64,000 bases of DNA, taken from the NCBI GenBank assembly GCA_964344355.1, contig CAYFNE010000020.1, positions 120-64,119 on the forward strand, read 5' to 3'. Positions 10,517 to 20,506 of the stretch are shown here, one piece after another. Numbering within the stretch: the stretch's first letter is position 1; each line of letters starts with the position of its first letter. The notes beneath the pieces are model-generated. The model saw only the letters and a program-made list of their open reading frames with translations. It made no database searches and had not been told where the DNA came from. Source of the DNA: an uncultured Magnetococcales bacterium. Lineage in GTDB: Bacteria > Pseudomonadota > Magnetococcia > Magnetococcales > CAYFNE01. A program made the position numbers and the translations under genes.

Positions 10517-10929
10517 CTGTATAACTGCCTCCCTTCCTGGAAATTCATTGTCGTCTTTGGCGCCGTACAACGAGGACCCGCTGGCGCGGAAAACATCTGT
10601 GACGGAAAACGGAACCCGCCGTTCAACCGTCATTTTCTCCGCCCCCCCGATATCGCGGATACCCATCCGCATAAAGAGGGGGCCACCCTGGCCGTTCGCC
10701 CTTCGGGGATCCCCCGTCACGAACCGGACCGGTCGGCGTGGACGCCGCCGGCCCCGATCGTTGGGTGCTGAAAACGGCACCGGAGTCACGGTGAAACCGG
10801 CTTCAACGATTGGTAAAGCCGGCCTCAATATTGCCGACAATCACCCATCAAACCGCCAATAATAACCAAAACACCCGGAATGATCAACATGAAAAGCCCG
10901 GCGTTCCCTGTATCATAATACACCACCCA

Positions 10930-11865
10930 TCAACTTTTCACACTCTTTTCAATCAGATCCAAAACCACCGAAACAATATTGTCTGGTTTGAATTTGGAGA
11001 TGAAATCGTCCGCGCCCACCCGTTTGGCCCGATCCAGATTGGATTTATTGCTCAAGGAACTGTGTACGACCAGGTGGATATCGGCCAGTTGTGGATTGGC
11101 CTTCACCTTGCGAGTAAAGGTGAACCCGTCCATACCCGGCATCTCCAGATCGGTGAGAATCAGGGTGAAGTGGCTTTTCCCGCCCCCTTTAGCAACGGAA
11201 TCCTCCAATGTTTTCAATGCTTTTCTCGCATCATTAAAAACGGCGTGACGGATCCCCAGTTGATCGAGGGTTTTTTCGATCAACCGACAGGCGGCCATTG
11301 AATCATCCACGGCCAGCACGTGGTGTTCCCTCATGGTCAAACCGGAGCGGCGTTGCAGGAGATTATCCGAAACGGAAAAATCGACGCCGATGATCTCCAC
11401 CAATATTTTTTCCACATCCAGGATTTGAATCGCCTTGCCCCGGTGATAGGTGAAGGCGGTCAAACAGCTGTTTTGGTAGAGGGGATTTTCGGGACGGATG
11501 ATCTCCTCCCAGTTTTTGGTGATCAACACATCGGGCTGCGACACCAAAAATCCCTGGGTGGTACCGCTGTATTCGCAGACCAGAACATAACTGATTTCCT
11601 CGCCGAGGGCCACCGGTTGCAACCCCAGATATTGCGCCAGGTCGATCAGGGTGATGGCGTGCCCGCGGAAAGCGATCTCCCCCTTGATGGTCGGGTGGGA
11701 GTGCGGTATCCGGGTAATGTGCTCGGGTGTTTCCAGGATTTCGATGATTTTGAATACGTTGAGCCCGTAGGTCTGCCCGTCCGTCAGGTGGAAGGTCAGC
11801 ATCTCCATCTCATTGCTCATGGCGAGATTGGTTCGCTGTTCCACCTCATTGAGTAGCTCGTCCAT
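10930..11865 (-). CDS. cheV: CheV (CheW-like domain + receiver)
   Basis: N-terminal CheW fold 'MLTFHLTDGQTYGLNVFKIIEILE'. C-terminal REC 'VLAVDDSMAACR', 'ILTDLEMPGMDGF'. ATG at 11865; GTG at 11874 is an alternative. Confidence 0.9.
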   Translation of the reverse strand: MDELLNEVEQRTNLAMSNEMEMLTFHLTDGQTYGLNVFKIIEILETPEHITRIPHSHPTIKGEIAFRGHAITLIDLAQYLGLQPVALGEEISYVLVCEYSGTTQGFLVSQPDVLITKNWEEIIRPENPLYQNSCLTAFTYHRGKAIQILDVEKILVEIIGVDFSVSDNLLQRRSGLTMREHHVLAVDDSMAACRLIEKTLDQLGIRHAVFNDARKALKTLEDSVAKGGGKSHFTLILTDLEMPGMDGFTFTRKVKANPQLADIHLVVHSSLSNKSNLDRAKRVGADDFISKFKPDNIVSVVLDLIEKSVKS

Positions 11866-11923
11866 ACCTCTCACCCCTGAAAAAGAGCATCGTTTACCGA
11901 GCCGAACGGATCATCCCACCGGT

Positions 11924-14017
11924 TTAAAACGATTCGAAATCATCGTCACCGCCACCCATGTCCAGGTCGACCCCACCCGAGGCGGGAGCGGACTTTTGTG
12001 GTTGTGGCAACCGCTTGGCGGGCGCGGTCGCCGGACGGGGCGCCGGTCCCGCCTGTTGCGCAGCGGGCCGCCGCACCGCCGGACGGGCCGCCGGCGCCGA
12101 CGTGCGCCGCTGGGGCTGGCCGCCGCCCTCGATCTTGAAAAAGGCCACCGCCCGGGACATCCGCGCCGATTGGCTGGCCAACTCCTCGGCGGTCGCCGAC
12201 ATCTCCTCGGAAGAGGAGGCGTTTTCCTGGATCACCTTGTCCAACTGTTGGATGGCCTGGTTGACCTGTTCCGAGCCGGTCTGCTGTTCCAGGGAGGCGG
12301 TGGAAATTTCCTGGACCAGTTGCGCGGTTTTTTGAATGTCCGGCACCAGTTTGTTCAACAGTTCGCCGGCCTCTTCCGCCACCTTGACGCTGGAACCGGA
12401 CAGACCGGTGATTTCACCGGCGGCGGTCTGACTGCGTTCGGCCAGTTTGCGCACCTCGGCCGCCACCACGGCGAAACCCTTGCCGTGTTCCCCGGCCCGG
12501 GCCGCCTCGATGGCGGCGTTCAGGGCCAAGAGGTTGGTCTGGCGGGCGATCTCCTCGACGATGGAAATTTTACTGGCGATCTCGCCCATGGCCGATACCG
12601 CCTGGGCCACCGATTCACCGCTTCGCTGGGCATCGGCCGCCGCCTTGCGGGCCATCTGTTCGGTAACCCGGGCATTTTCGGTGTTTTGCTGAATGTTGGC
12701 GGTCATCTGCTCCATGGCCGAGGAGGTCTCCTCCACCGAGGCCGCCTGTTCGGTGGCCCCTTCCGAAACCCGATGGGAGCCGCTGTTGACGGTATCACTG
12801 CCGGCCACCACATCGGCCGCCACCACGGTCAGGGTACTGATGGTCTGGCTGAGATTTTCCACCATCATCTTCATGGCGCCGAAGATACCGGTGGCCGTGC
12901 AACCGGTATCGAAAGAGACGGTCAGGTCGCCGGTGGCCACCTTATCGGCGATGGCCTTGACCTCATGGGGTTCACAGCCGAGTTGATTGAGGATCTCCCG
13001 AGCGATGAAAAACCCCAGGGCCAATGCCACGAGGACCAGGAGCAGGGTGACGATCAGGTAGATCCAGAAGGCCTGATCCGCCGCCGCCTTGAACTGGGCC
13101 GCCTGTTTGAGCAGATCGTCGGACAGACGGTCGTCCACGGCCTTCAACAGGTTGATCTTGCTGGTAATGGAACTGAACCAGTGGTTGGGATCCTCTTCGA
13201 GCTTACCGGCGCCGACACCACCCTTGAAGCCCACCTCACGCATCCGCTGCACCTCCGCCACCACCGGCGCCGACATTTTGTCCTGGAAAAAACGGATCTG
13301 TTCGGCCGGGGCCAACGCCTTGAACACCCTGAAATAGGTATCCTGCTCGGTGACCAGGGTGCCGAACTTGCGGAACGTGCCCGGCCCGAAATTTTTCCGG
13401 GCGAAGGTGTTGGTCATCACCGCCCGCTCGATGCCGGCGCGCTCCTTGCCCAGGAGAAAGTTGGAGTAGGCGGCGGTCAGGGCCGCCATGTCGACATTGG
13501 CCGACAGGGCGGTCAGACTGCCGGTGGTATCGAGAAAGGAGGCGTTCATCTTGGTGTAATAACCGATGGCCTCCTTGGTGACGATGTTGAGACCGTCCAC
13601 CTTGCGGCGGACGTTATCCCGCCGGTCCAACCGTTGCAGGCCGTCGCGCAACAGGGAGCCGACCTTGGAACCGTAGGCGGAAACGTCGAAGGTTTTCAGA
13701 TAATCGTGCAGTTTATTGGCCCGATCATCGGTCAAGCCGCGCTGTTTGGGCAGTTCGGAGCGAAATTTTTTCCCCTTGCTGCCCAGGTAGCCGGCGGTCA
13801 TGCCGCGCTCTTTCTGGGTTTCATGAACCAGGGCGCTGATGCGCACCGCCAGACCGGCCAATTGCGTCATATCGTCCATTTTGTCGGCCACGACCTGTTT
13901 GTCGGTGGCCATCTGGAAACCATAAATGACGAAACCCACCAAAGGTGGGAGCAGCATGATGAGCAGCCGGGTGCGCAGCCGCAGATGACTTAGAAAGCCC
14001 ATGAAAGTATTCCCCAT
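11924..14017 (-). CDS. Methyl-accepting chemotaxis protein with periplasmic NIT (nitrate/nitrite-sensing) domain
   Basis: '[24 protein letters not shown]' NIT signature, two TM segments, HAMP, MCP tip '[41 protein letters not shown]', C-terminal 'DFESF'. Start is ambiguous (14056, 14017 or 14002). Confidence 0.9.
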   Translation of the reverse strand: MGNTFMGFLSHLRLRTRLLIMLLPPLVGFVIYGFQMATDKQVVADKMDDMTQLAGLAVRISALVHETQKERGMTAGYLGSKGKKFRSELPKQRGLTDDRANKLHDYLKTFDVSAYGSKVGSLLRDGLQRLDRRDNVRRKVDGLNIVTKEAIGYYTKMNASFLDTTGSLTALSANVDMAALTAAYSNFLLGKERAGIERAVMTNTFARKNFGPGTFRKFGTLVTEQDTYFRVFKALAPAEQIRFFQDKMSAPVVAEVQRMREVGFKGGVGAGKLEEDPNHWFSSITSKINLLKAVDDRLSDDLLKQAAQFKAAADQAFWIYLIVTLLLVLVALALGFFIAREILNQLGCEPHEVKAIADKVATGDLTVSFDTGCTATGIFGAMKMMVENLSQTISTLTVVAADVVAGSDTVNSGSHRVSEGATEQAASVEETSSAMEQMTANIQQNTENARVTEQMARKAAADAQRSGESVAQAVSAMGEIASKISIVEEIARQTNLLALNAAIEAARAGEHGKGFAVVAAEVRKLAERSQTAAGEITGLSGSSVKVAEEAGELLNKLVPDIQKTAQLVQEISTASLEQQTGSEQVNQAIQQLDKVIQENASSSEEMSATAEELASQSARMSRAVAFFKIEGGGQPQRRTSAPAARPAVRRPAAQQAGPAPRPATAPAKRLPQPQKSAPASGGVDLDMGGGDDDFESF

Positions 14018-14152
14018 CGGTTGATTTTCTGGAACGGACCCATCCCTGGGGGCCAAGCGGGATCATCGTCCCATCCCGCCCCCGCCAACGGGAGCGGGAC
14101 GAAAATACGGCCCCTGCGTCCGCAACGATGATCACCCCCCCGGGACGATTGG

Positions 14153-14674
14153 TCAAGCGGCGGCGGCGCTTTCAGCGGCGGCCGTTTCCGAACCACCCTT
14201 CATGACGTTCAACTCTTCGCTGGAAAACACCTTGTTGCTGTCGAGGATGATGATGAACTGTTCATCATGTTTGCCCATGCCGCGGATGAAATCGGTGCGC
14301 AGTTTGGTACCGATGCGGGGCGGCGGTTCGATCTGATCCCCGTCCAGGGTCATCACCTCCTTGACCGAATCGGCCATGGCGCCGAGGACGGTGGTACCGT
14401 CATCGGTGGCCACTTCGACGATGATGATGCAGGTGTTGACGGTTTTTTCGCTCTTCTCCATGCCGAACTTCAAGCGCATGTCCACCACCGGCACCACATG
14501 CCCGCGCAGGTTGATCACCCCGCACATGAATTCCGGCGTGCGTGGCACCCGGGTCATTTCGGTATATTCCAGGACCTCGCGAACCTGGGAAATATCCACG
14601 GCAAAAATTTCATCGGCCAGGGTAAAGGTCAAAAATTGTGTTGCGTCTGACGTGCTCATGGCTTCATACCCCAT
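14153..14674 (-). CDS. cheW: Chemotaxis coupling protein CheW
   Basis: 'QFLTFTLADEIFAVDISQVREVLE', 'INLRGHVVPVVDMR'. Confidence 0.9.
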   Translation of the reverse strand: MGYEAMSTSDATQFLTFTLADEIFAVDISQVREVLEYTEMTRVPRTPEFMCGVINLRGHVVPVVDMRLKFGMEKSEKTVNTCIIIVEVATDDGTTVLGAMADSVKEVMTLDGDQIEPPPRIGTKLRTDFIRGMGKHDEQFIIILDSNKVFSSEELNVMKGGSETAAAESAAAA

Positions 14675-14749
14675 TCAAGTGGGTGGTACGGGTGACGTTT
14701 ATCGAACGACCGGGCGGCCGGTCAGAGAGCGGCCACCCGGTTCAGTTTA

Positions 14750-17707
14750 TCAAAATTTTTCGAAAGCGTCATCGGAAACACCACCACCGTCATTCATATC
14801 CAAAAGGACGCCGTTGCCACCGCCTCCGGAAGCGGCGACCGGAGCGGCCCGTTTCGGGGCCGGGGCGTTGCTGCGCACGGCGACGGCCTTCGAGGTGCTG
14901 CCAGCCGCCTGCCGGCGCGCCGGCGCCCGGGAAGCGGGGGCGCCACCGCCACTCTGGCCGACCCTGAAGAAACCGATGGCCTCGGCGAGCATGTCCGCCT
15001 GTGAAGAAAGTTCCTCGGCGGTGGCCGCCATCTCCTCGGAGGCGCCGGCATTTTGTTGGATCACCTGATCCAGTTGCTGGATGGCCTTGTTGATTTGATC
15101 GGCGCCGCTGTTCTGTTCGCGGCTGGAGGCGGCGATCTCCTGCACCAGTTCGGCGGTTTTCTGGATATCCGGCACCAATTTGGCCAGCATGCCGCCGGCC
15201 TGTTCGGCGACGCTGACGCTGGAGGCCGACAGACCGCCGATCTCGCCGGCGGCGGTCTGGCTCCGCTCCGCCAGCTTGCGCACCTCGGCGGCCACCACGG
15301 CGAACCCCTTGCCGTGTTCCCCGGCCCGGGCCGCCTCGATGGCGGCGTTGAGGGCCAGCAGGTTGGTCTGCCGGGCGATCTCCTCGATGATGGAAATTTT
15401 TTCGGCGATCTCCTTCATGGCCGTCACCGCCTGATTGACCGCCTTGCCGCTCTCGGCGGCATCCGTGGCCGCCTTTTGCGAAATCTGTTCGGTGGTCTGG
15501 GCGTTGTCGGTGTTTTGTTGAATGTTGGAGGCCATCTCCTCCATGGCCGACGAGGTCTCCTCGATGGAAGCGGCCTGCTCGGTGGAACCCTGGGAGAGAC
15601 CCTGGGAAGCGGAGGAAAGTTCATTGCTGCCGGCAGCCACGTTGTCGGAGGCGGTCCGCACCTCGCCGACCACCCCGGACAGCCGGCTGACCATATTGCG
15701 CATGGCGGTGGCCAACTGGCCCAGTTCATCCTTCTGATTCACGTCAATATTGGCGGTAAGATCGCCTTCGGAAACCAGCCTGGCAAAATTGACCCCCTTG
15801 ACCAGCGGCGAGGTGATGGCGCCGGCGATGAACAGGGCGATCAACACGACAATAACGGCGATACCCACGGCCCAGGCGAAGATGGTCATGATCAGGGCTT
15901 GGATGGGCTCCTCCACCTCGGCCAGATCGATTTCGGCGATGATCGCCCAGTTGGCGCCGTCGATTCCCACCGGCGCGAAAGCGGAAAGCACCGAATTGCC
16001 ATTATAGTCCATGATCACCTTGGCGCCGGACTTGCCGGCGAGCGCCTCGCGGGCCGCCTCGGTATCGACGCCATTGGCGGCGACGGTGCCGGCGAAGGAG
16101 GCCTTCACCGAACGGCCGCTTTGATCCAGAAAGGAATCCGAACGCATCCGTTTGTCGTCACCGACCAGATAGGTTTCACCGGTATCGCCCATGCCCTCCC
16201 GCTGTTGCATGATGCCGTTGATGGCCTCCAGCGGCAGTTGCAGGGCCACGACCAACTCCACCTCGCCCTCATGCACCACCGGTTGGGCGACGAAGGCCGC
16301 CGGAGCGCCGTTGCTGGGGGCATAGGGGGCGAAATCGGCCATGCCGAACCGTTTATCCCGGATCACCCGCCGGGTCAATTCACCCAGGTTGGAATCGGCA
16401 TATTTACCGTTGACCATGTTGGTCATATAGTCCGCCTCCCGGGTGGCGGTGTAAAAGACGAACCCGTCGGGATTCATCAGGAACACATCATAATAACCAT
16501 ACATTTCCTGATATTTTTTGAAATATTCCCCGCCCTTGTCATCCACCGGGCTGAAGGCCTCGGCGACATCGATCTCGGATAGGATCGCCCAGCGCACGCC
16601 GAGGAAATCCACCGGCGCATAGGCCGAAAGGACCGGGTTGCCGTTGTAATCCTGAATCACATCGGCGCCGCTTTTCCCTTCCAGGGCCAGACGGACCGCC
16701 TCGGTATCGGCCTTGCCTTTTCCCGGATTGGCGAAACTGGCGGCGACGGTGTGATGTTTCGGATCCAGGAAGGAATCGGAACGCATCAGTTTGTCCGGTC
16801 CCACCAGATAGGATTCACCACTTTTCCCCATGCCGGTGCGCTCTTTCATGATGGCATTGATGCGATCCATGGGCATCTGGAAGATCAACATGCCGTGTTG
16901 CTCGCCATCATAATCGAAAATCGGCGCGGCGATGAAACTGGCCGGGGCGCCGGCGCTGGGGGCATAGGGCGCAACATCGGTGAAGCCCACATACCCTTTG
17001 CGAAAATTTTGTTTGACGCTGCGAAAGACCTTGGCCAGATCGGTATCGCGCCAGCGACCGCTGCTCAGATCGGTACCGTAATCGGCCTCTTTGAAGACCG
17101 AATAGACCACCTTGCCCTCATGGTTGATCAGGAAGATGTCATAATAACCACGGGACTCCAACAACCCCCGCAGCCAGGGATGGAACTGGGCGTGGGCCTC
17201 GTTGTAGAGGTTCTCCCCCTTGGCCACGTCCAGCCTGTGTTTCTGCCCGGCCGGATTGGGATTGTCATGGATGTACATTTTTTGCAGCTTGGCGGTCACA
17301 TTGCTGCCCTGTTGATTCCAACCGGCCTCGAACGCCTCCAACCCGTCGATCATCATGTGGTTTTCGGCCAGCAGTTGCACATCCTCCTTGATGGAATCGA
17401 GGTATCCACCGATCTGGGTCCGTTTGATGCTGCTGATGGCCGTCAACTTGCGAAACGCCTCCTGACGCAGGGTGTTGACGGTTTCCACCAGGACCCCCAT
17501 ATCCCCTTGGCGCTCCTCGAAATATTTTTGGATCTGAACCTTTTTGATCTCACGAACCGATCTGAGCTGGTTGAAAGCTTGTCCCAGCAACGCCTCTCCG
17601 GAGTTCTGACTGGCTACCCAACCGACGATGGCCAGCGGGATCAAACCCACCAATAAAAACAGACCGATCAACTTCGGTCGCATGCGAATGTCAGCCAACT
17701 TGATCAT
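14750..17707 (-). CDS. Methyl-accepting chemotaxis protein with an internally duplicated dCache-like periplasmic module
   Basis: Two ~200-aa copies ('[16 protein letters not shown]...[17 protein letters not shown]' and '[16 protein letters not shown]...[17 protein letters not shown]'), HAMP, MCP tip identical to the NIT-MCP, C-terminal 'AFEKF'. RBS GAGGAGAG. Confidence 0.9.
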   Translation of the reverse strand: MIKLADIRMRPKLIGLFLLVGLIPLAIVGWVASQNSGEALLGQAFNQLRSVREIKKVQIQKYFEERQGDMGVLVETVNTLRQEAFRKLTAISSIKRTQIGGYLDSIKEDVQLLAENHMMIDGLEAFEAGWNQQGSNVTAKLQKMYIHDNPNPAGQKHRLDVAKGENLYNEAHAQFHPWLRGLLESRGYYDIFLINHEGKVVYSVFKEADYGTDLSSGRWRDTDLAKVFRSVKQNFRKGYVGFTDVAPYAPSAGAPASFIAAPIFDYDGEQHGMLIFQMPMDRINAIMKERTGMGKSGESYLVGPDKLMRSDSFLDPKHHTVAASFANPGKGKADTEAVRLALEGKSGADVIQDYNGNPVLSAYAPVDFLGVRWAILSEIDVAEAFSPVDDKGGEYFKKYQEMYGYYDVFLMNPDGFVFYTATREADYMTNMVNGKYADSNLGELTRRVIRDKRFGMADFAPYAPSNGAPAAFVAQPVVHEGEVELVVALQLPLEAINGIMQQREGMGDTGETYLVGDDKRMRSDSFLDQSGRSVKASFAGTVAANGVDTEAAREALAGKSGAKVIMDYNGNSVLSAFAPVGIDGANWAIIAEIDLAEVEEPIQALIMTIFAWAVGIAVIVVLIALFIAGAITSPLVKGVNFARLVSEGDLTANIDVNQKDELGQLATAMRNMVSRLSGVVGEVRTASDNVAAGSNELSSASQGLSQGSTEQAASIEETSSAMEEMASNIQQNTDNAQTTEQISQKAATDAAESGKAVNQAVTAMKEIAEKISIIEEIARQTNLLALNAAIEAARAGEHGKGFAVVAAEVRKLAERSQTAAGEIGGLSASSVSVAEQAGGMLAKLVPDIQKTAELVQEIAASSREQNSGADQINKAIQQLDQVIQQNAGASEEMAATAEELSSQADMLAEAIGFFRVGQSGGGAPASRAPARRQAAGSTSKAVAVRSNAPAPKRAAPVAASGGGGNGVLLDMNDGGGVSDDAFEKF

Positions 17708-18231
17708 CTCATTCTCTCCTCAACGGTTCTCATCATCATCGTCACAAAGTTGGACAGGTCCCCATTTTCTGTGTACTTCAAATGGGATGCCCCCTTCTGG
17801 ACACCAGGATGGCCAAAAAAATTTACAACAAAAAAACACCCTCTGGAGTCGCAAAATTTCAGTCAGCAGATGCCCTCCGAACCAAAAACAACACTCATCC
17901 ACATGGCGTATCGATGACATCCTTTCGTTTTGATGATCGATAAAAAGCACCAAGCGGTTGCCGCCCGTTGGCCATGCGGGCCGCCCCCCCATTGCCAGAG
18001 CCCTGGTAATCAACGAATTTTACAAGATGGATTCAGAACCCGAACCAACGATGCCCCATCCGAAAGGACGGTATCGAATCGAGGTTCACCGATCCGGACC
18101 GGTCGGTCCGATGGCGGTGAACCCGTTTTGGAAATATGGAAATCAACACTGGTTCCCCCTGTCTCATGAGGGGCCCTGTCATCATCCGCGGCGGATGATT
18201 CCATCCCTGGTTTCAAGGCCCACTATTTACA

Positions 18232-18275
18232 ACACACAAAGACCCCACCACTTACACACAAAGACCCCACCACTT
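18232..18275. repeat. Perfect 22-bp tandem duplication (ACACACAAAGACCCCACCACTT x2)
   Basis: Read directly: 18232-18253 equals 18254-18275. Lies in the 833-nt gap between the receiver gene stop and the MCP operon start. Confidence 0.95.
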
Positions 18276-18540
18276 TTTCATTTTGTAAACAAAAACTCAC
18301 AACCTGAAATCCCCAGATGATGGAATCTCCCAACATGACCGAAAACCGCTATTTTACAATAGAGATTTACACTTCAGGTCATGAAAAGTATGTATGCTCA
18401 TTCTACTGCCCGTCAATTTTTTTTCACCAATAAATTTTTAAATGGCCGAAAAAAAAACGATTAAAAAAAATTTCACCCAATAAACAGACAGTTGTGCAAA
18501 CGACCGCCGGTTCGGGACCGAACGGGCGCCGATGGGAAAA

Positions 18541-18948
18541 TCAGGGCAGGAGATGATGTGATTTCAGTTTCGCCAGCAGTTCCCCCTCCTCCACCGGCTT
18601 GGTGATATAACCATTGCATTTGCCCTCGACGAAGGCCTCCCGAAACTGTTTCGGGTCCTCCACCGAGGTTTGCATGATGATGACGGCATAATTTTTATTG
18701 TCCAGGGTGATGCCGTAAACGGCCTTTTCCAGCCGGCGGATCCGTTTGAGCGCCTCCTGGCCGTCCATGTGCGGCATTTGAATGTCCATCAACACCAGAT
18801 CATACGGTTTCCCGGCGTCGAGCGCCGTCTTGAACCGTTCCACCGCCTCCCGACCATCCTCGGCCAGGGTGCATTCCCCATGGGGCTCCAGCATCACCTC
18901 CAACAAATCGCGATAGCCGGCATCATCATCCACGATCAATATTTTCAT
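18541..18948 (-). CDS. Single-domain response-regulator receiver
   Basis: 'KILIVDDDAGYRD', 'LVLMDIQMPHMDG', 'GYITKP'. ATG at 18948 is 6 nt after GGAG; 18951 (ATG) and 18960 (TTG) are alternatives. Overlaps the upstream gene end. Confidence 0.85.
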   Translation of the reverse strand: MKILIVDDDAGYRDLLEVMLEPHGECTLAEDGREAVERFKTALDAGKPYDLVLMDIQMPHMDGQEALKRIRRLEKAVYGITLDNKNYAVIIMQTSVEDPKQFREAFVEGKCNGYITKPVEEGELLAKLKSHHLLP

Positions 18949-20062
18949 CATCGACTCCAATCAACGACACCGTCACCGTGGTCCCTTCCGCCTCCGAGGT
19001 GTGCATGCGAATTTCCCCGCCCTGGGTTTCGACCATCAGTTTGGCCGAGTAGGTGCCCAAGCCGGTGCCCGATCTTTTCGAAGAGACATATTTTTCAAAA
19101 AAATGGTCCCGAACCGACGCCGGTACCGCTCCCGGATTGTGAATTTCAATAACCGCACGCTGCTGCCGCCGCCACAGGGAAATGGTGACCAATCCCCCTG
19201 CCGTGGCCGCCTCCAGGGCGTTGACGATCAGGTTGGACAATAAATTGTAACAGAGACTTTCCTCACCCCGCACCCCGAAACGGTCCCGTTCCGTCAACGG
19301 CCGGCCGGCGAAGCGAATTTCCGTGTGTAAATTTTTGCGGACGATGATTTTGTCGTTGGCGTGAACGATGAAGTCGAGGATGACCAACAGATCCACCGGA
19401 GCGGCGGTGACCTGATAGGTCCCCCGTTCCATTTTGATCAGGTCCAGTGATTTATTGACCGTATCCCGGAGACGGGTGGCGAACAGATGGATATGTCTCA
19501 AAAATTTATTGACCTGCCGCTCGGTCAATTTTTTATTGGACAGCAATAGCTCCGAAAAGCCGATCAGGCCGTTGATCGGCGATTTCAGGTCATGGCGGGT
19601 GATGACATCCAGGTCCTCCTGGGATCGTTCGCGCTTTTTTTGCACCGCCAGTTGCCGGGCCAACTCCAGATAGGCCATGCGCAGGGAGAGATGGGTATGC
19701 ACCCGCGCCCGGACCACGGCGGTCTGGAACGGTTTGTTGATATAATCGACGGCGCCGAGCTCCAGGCCACGAACTTCATCCTCGGCCTCGCCGCGGGCGG
19801 TCAAAAAGATGATCGGGATATCCCGGGTTTTTTCATCGGCCTTCAAACGCCGGCAAACCTCGAAACCATCCATGCCGGGCATCATCACATCGAGCAATAT
19901 CAAATCCGGCGCGGCATCCGACCGCACCATCTCCAGGGCCTGCTCGCCGATGGTGGCGTGAACCGTTTCATAGCTGGAGAGGATTCCCCGCAAGACCTCG
20001 ATGCTGTTGGTCTGGTCATCGACAATGAGAATTTTTTTGCCGTCCGTCTTTTGAACCATCAT
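18926..20062 (-). CDS. Receiver-histidine kinase fusion (REC + HisKA-like + HATPase_c)
   Basis: 'KILIVDDQTNSIE', 'LILLDVMMPGMDGF', H-box 'ITRHDLKSPINGLIGFSELL', 'GTGLGTYSAKLMVETQGG'. Confidence 0.85.
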   Translation of the reverse strand: MMVQKTDGKKILIVDDQTNSIEVLRGILSSYETVHATIGEQALEMVRSDAAPDLILLDVMMPGMDGFEVCRRLKADEKTRDIPIIFLTARGEAEDEVRGLELGAVDYINKPFQTAVVRARVHTHLSLRMAYLELARQLAVQKKRERSQEDLDVITRHDLKSPINGLIGFSELLLSNKKLTERQVNKFLRHIHLFATRLRDTVNKSLDLIKMERGTYQVTAAPVDLLVILDFIVHANDKIIVRKNLHTEIRFAGRPLTERDRFGVRGEESLCYNLLSNLIVNALEAATAGGLVTISLWRRQQRAVIEIHNPGAVPASVRDHFFEKYVSSKRSGTGLGTYSAKLMVETQGGEIRMHTSEAEGTTVTVSLIGVDDENIDRG

Positions 20063-20101
20063 TCATGCACCGCAACCCGGCCCCCTGGGGAAAGGAATGT
20101 A

Positions 20102-20506
20102 TCAAGAGGGTTCGATCAAATCAAATTCCACCAGTTTGTCGATGATGGTCCGGGGCAGGACCGGTTTGCTGATATAATCATCACATCCCCCCTCGGCATA
20201 GGCGCGGACCATGCTGTCGGGCGAATCCACCGCCGTGATCATGAAAATGATCGATGCCTCCCCGACTGGAACCCCATTTTCCCGTTCGATGCGCCGCATC
20301 GCTTCGAGCACCTCATGACCATTCATCACCGGCATCATGATATCCAGCATCACCAGATCGAACGGATTGTCCTCCAACAACGATGCCTCGAACAGTTCGA
20401 CCGCCCCCTGGCCGGTACTGGCCATGCTCAGGTCGCCATACGGTTGCAGGATGGAACCGAGCAGTTTGCGGTTTTCGGCCATGTCATCGATGATCAAAAT
20501 ATTCAT
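20102..20506 (-). CDS. Single-domain response-regulator receiver
   Basis: 'MNILIIDDMAENR', 'LVMLDIMMPVMNG', 'DYISKP'. RBS GGGGAGGGAG. ATG overlaps the upstream stop. Confidence 0.9.
   Translation of the reverse strand: MNILIIDDMAENRKLLGSILQPYGDLSMASTGQGAVELFEASLLEDNPFDLVMLDIMMPVMNGHEVLEAMRRIERENGVPVGEASIIFMITAVDSPDSMVRAYAEGGCDDYISKPVLPRTIIDKLVEFDLIEPS

Noticed and set aside
10825-10890. 21-aa hydrophobic mini-ORF (MLIIPGVLVIIGGLMGDCRQY) just downstream of cheV.
   Set aside because: It is too short, has no Shine-Dalgarno sequence and has no supporting context, unlike the three mini-ORFs near the CydA-like gene.
18232-18275. Possible CRISPR or minisatellite.
   Set aside because: There are only two contiguous copies, no spacers and no cas genes. 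I recorded it as a simple tandem duplication.
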